Below, piece by piece: positions 34,791 through 34,970 of a stretch of DNA of 34,970 bases. Position 1 is the stretch's first letter, and every line of letters starts with the position of its first letter. The notes under the pieces were generated by a model. That model was given only the letters and a program-made list of their open reading frames with translations. It had not been told where the DNA came from and made no database searches. A program made the translations under genes and the position numbers. The stretch comes from Candidatus Taylorbacteria bacterium RIFCSPHIGHO2_02_FULL_46_13 (GTDB lineage: Bacteria > Patescibacteriota > Minisyncoccia > Phycocordibacterales > DSPV01). The stretch is taken from positions 3,459 to 38,428 of the forward strand of contig MHRQ01000012.1 in assembly GCA_001821015.1 (NCBI GenBank), read 5' to 3'.

Positions 34791-34970
34791 AGTTTAACTA
34801 TAAGCGTTACGGTCACGTACTGCGTCCGGTTATTCCAATTAAGCTGTTGCACGCTGACAAGTCGGTCAACTACGAGGTGTTGGTAGATTCTGGTGCTGAT
34901 TTGTGTTTGTTTGAAGCCGAACTCGCAGAATTTTTAGGTATTGAAGTTAGTAAAGGATTGGCCAAAGAAG
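34787..34970 (+). CDS. Retropepsin-like aspartic protease, N-terminal part (runs off the window)
   Basis: ATGA overlap with the previous gene. MKFNYKRYGHVLRPVIPIKL...YEVLVDSGADLCLF carries the DSGA catalytic motif. Confidence 0.7.
   Translation, partial: MKFNYKRYGHVLRPVIPIKLLHADKSVNYEVLVDSGADLCLFEAELAEFLGIEVSKGLAKE

Overview
The window is a chromosomal segment with the standard genetic code. Gene content (many short N-terminally anchored hypothetical proteins, a SWIB protein, DUF1573 and DUF5678 modules, shortened ATP synthase subunits) resembles an uncultivated small-genome bacterium of the Patescibacteria/CPR type; this placement is inference only. All domain calls come from reading motifs by eye, and no searches were run.

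Left to right:
- 1-3335: a partial membrane protein, a DUF4382/PepSY-like protein, and a convergent histidine kinase plus OmpR-type response regulator. The regulator is broken by a 1-nt frameshift in an A6 run.
- 3528-10239: a SWIB protein, then a copper island. It holds csoR with a textbook CsoR operator, a small membrane protein, a CPH-motif CopB-type P-type ATPase and a Met/His/Cys membrane protein. A tight operon follows: DUF1573, a CcdA/DsbD-like protein and two Cys-Cys-containing unknowns.
- 10344-16760: housekeeping genes. These are a GIY-YIG protein, gmk, typA (its first 14 codons are duplicated upstream), a SAM-I riboswitch in front of a Cys/Met PLP enzyme, and a DEAD-box helicase.
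- 17023-19798: anchored hypothetical proteins.
- 19966-24088: a thiol-redox neighbourhood with a split DipZ (ccdA plus a thioredoxin-like gene), msrA, a cupredoxin-like protein, a DoxX-like protein, VKOR and pterin dehydratase.
- 24531-30685, minus strand: an F-type ATP synthase operon, atpE-F-H-A-G-D-C.

The main anomalies are in and beside the atp operon:
- Two foreign ORFs sit inside it. A 156-aa A+T-rich ORF lies between atpG and atpD. A 92-aa membrane ORF flanked by inverted repeats lies between atpA and atpG.
- atpB is missing from its normal position upstream of atpE. That position holds a single-polypeptide nuclease-methylase-TRD restriction-modification gene.
- Beyond it lie two direct-repeat relics of an atpB 3' end. 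They bracket a promoter, two-gene, terminator cassette whose promoter carries a second CsoR-type operator.
- A DUF5678 plus retropepsin-like pair follows at the right edge.

An ~88-nt hairpin-containing intergenic repeat occurs four times. Copies in inverted orientation bracket the copper island.

No rRNA, tRNA, CRISPR array, transposase or integrase was recognised.
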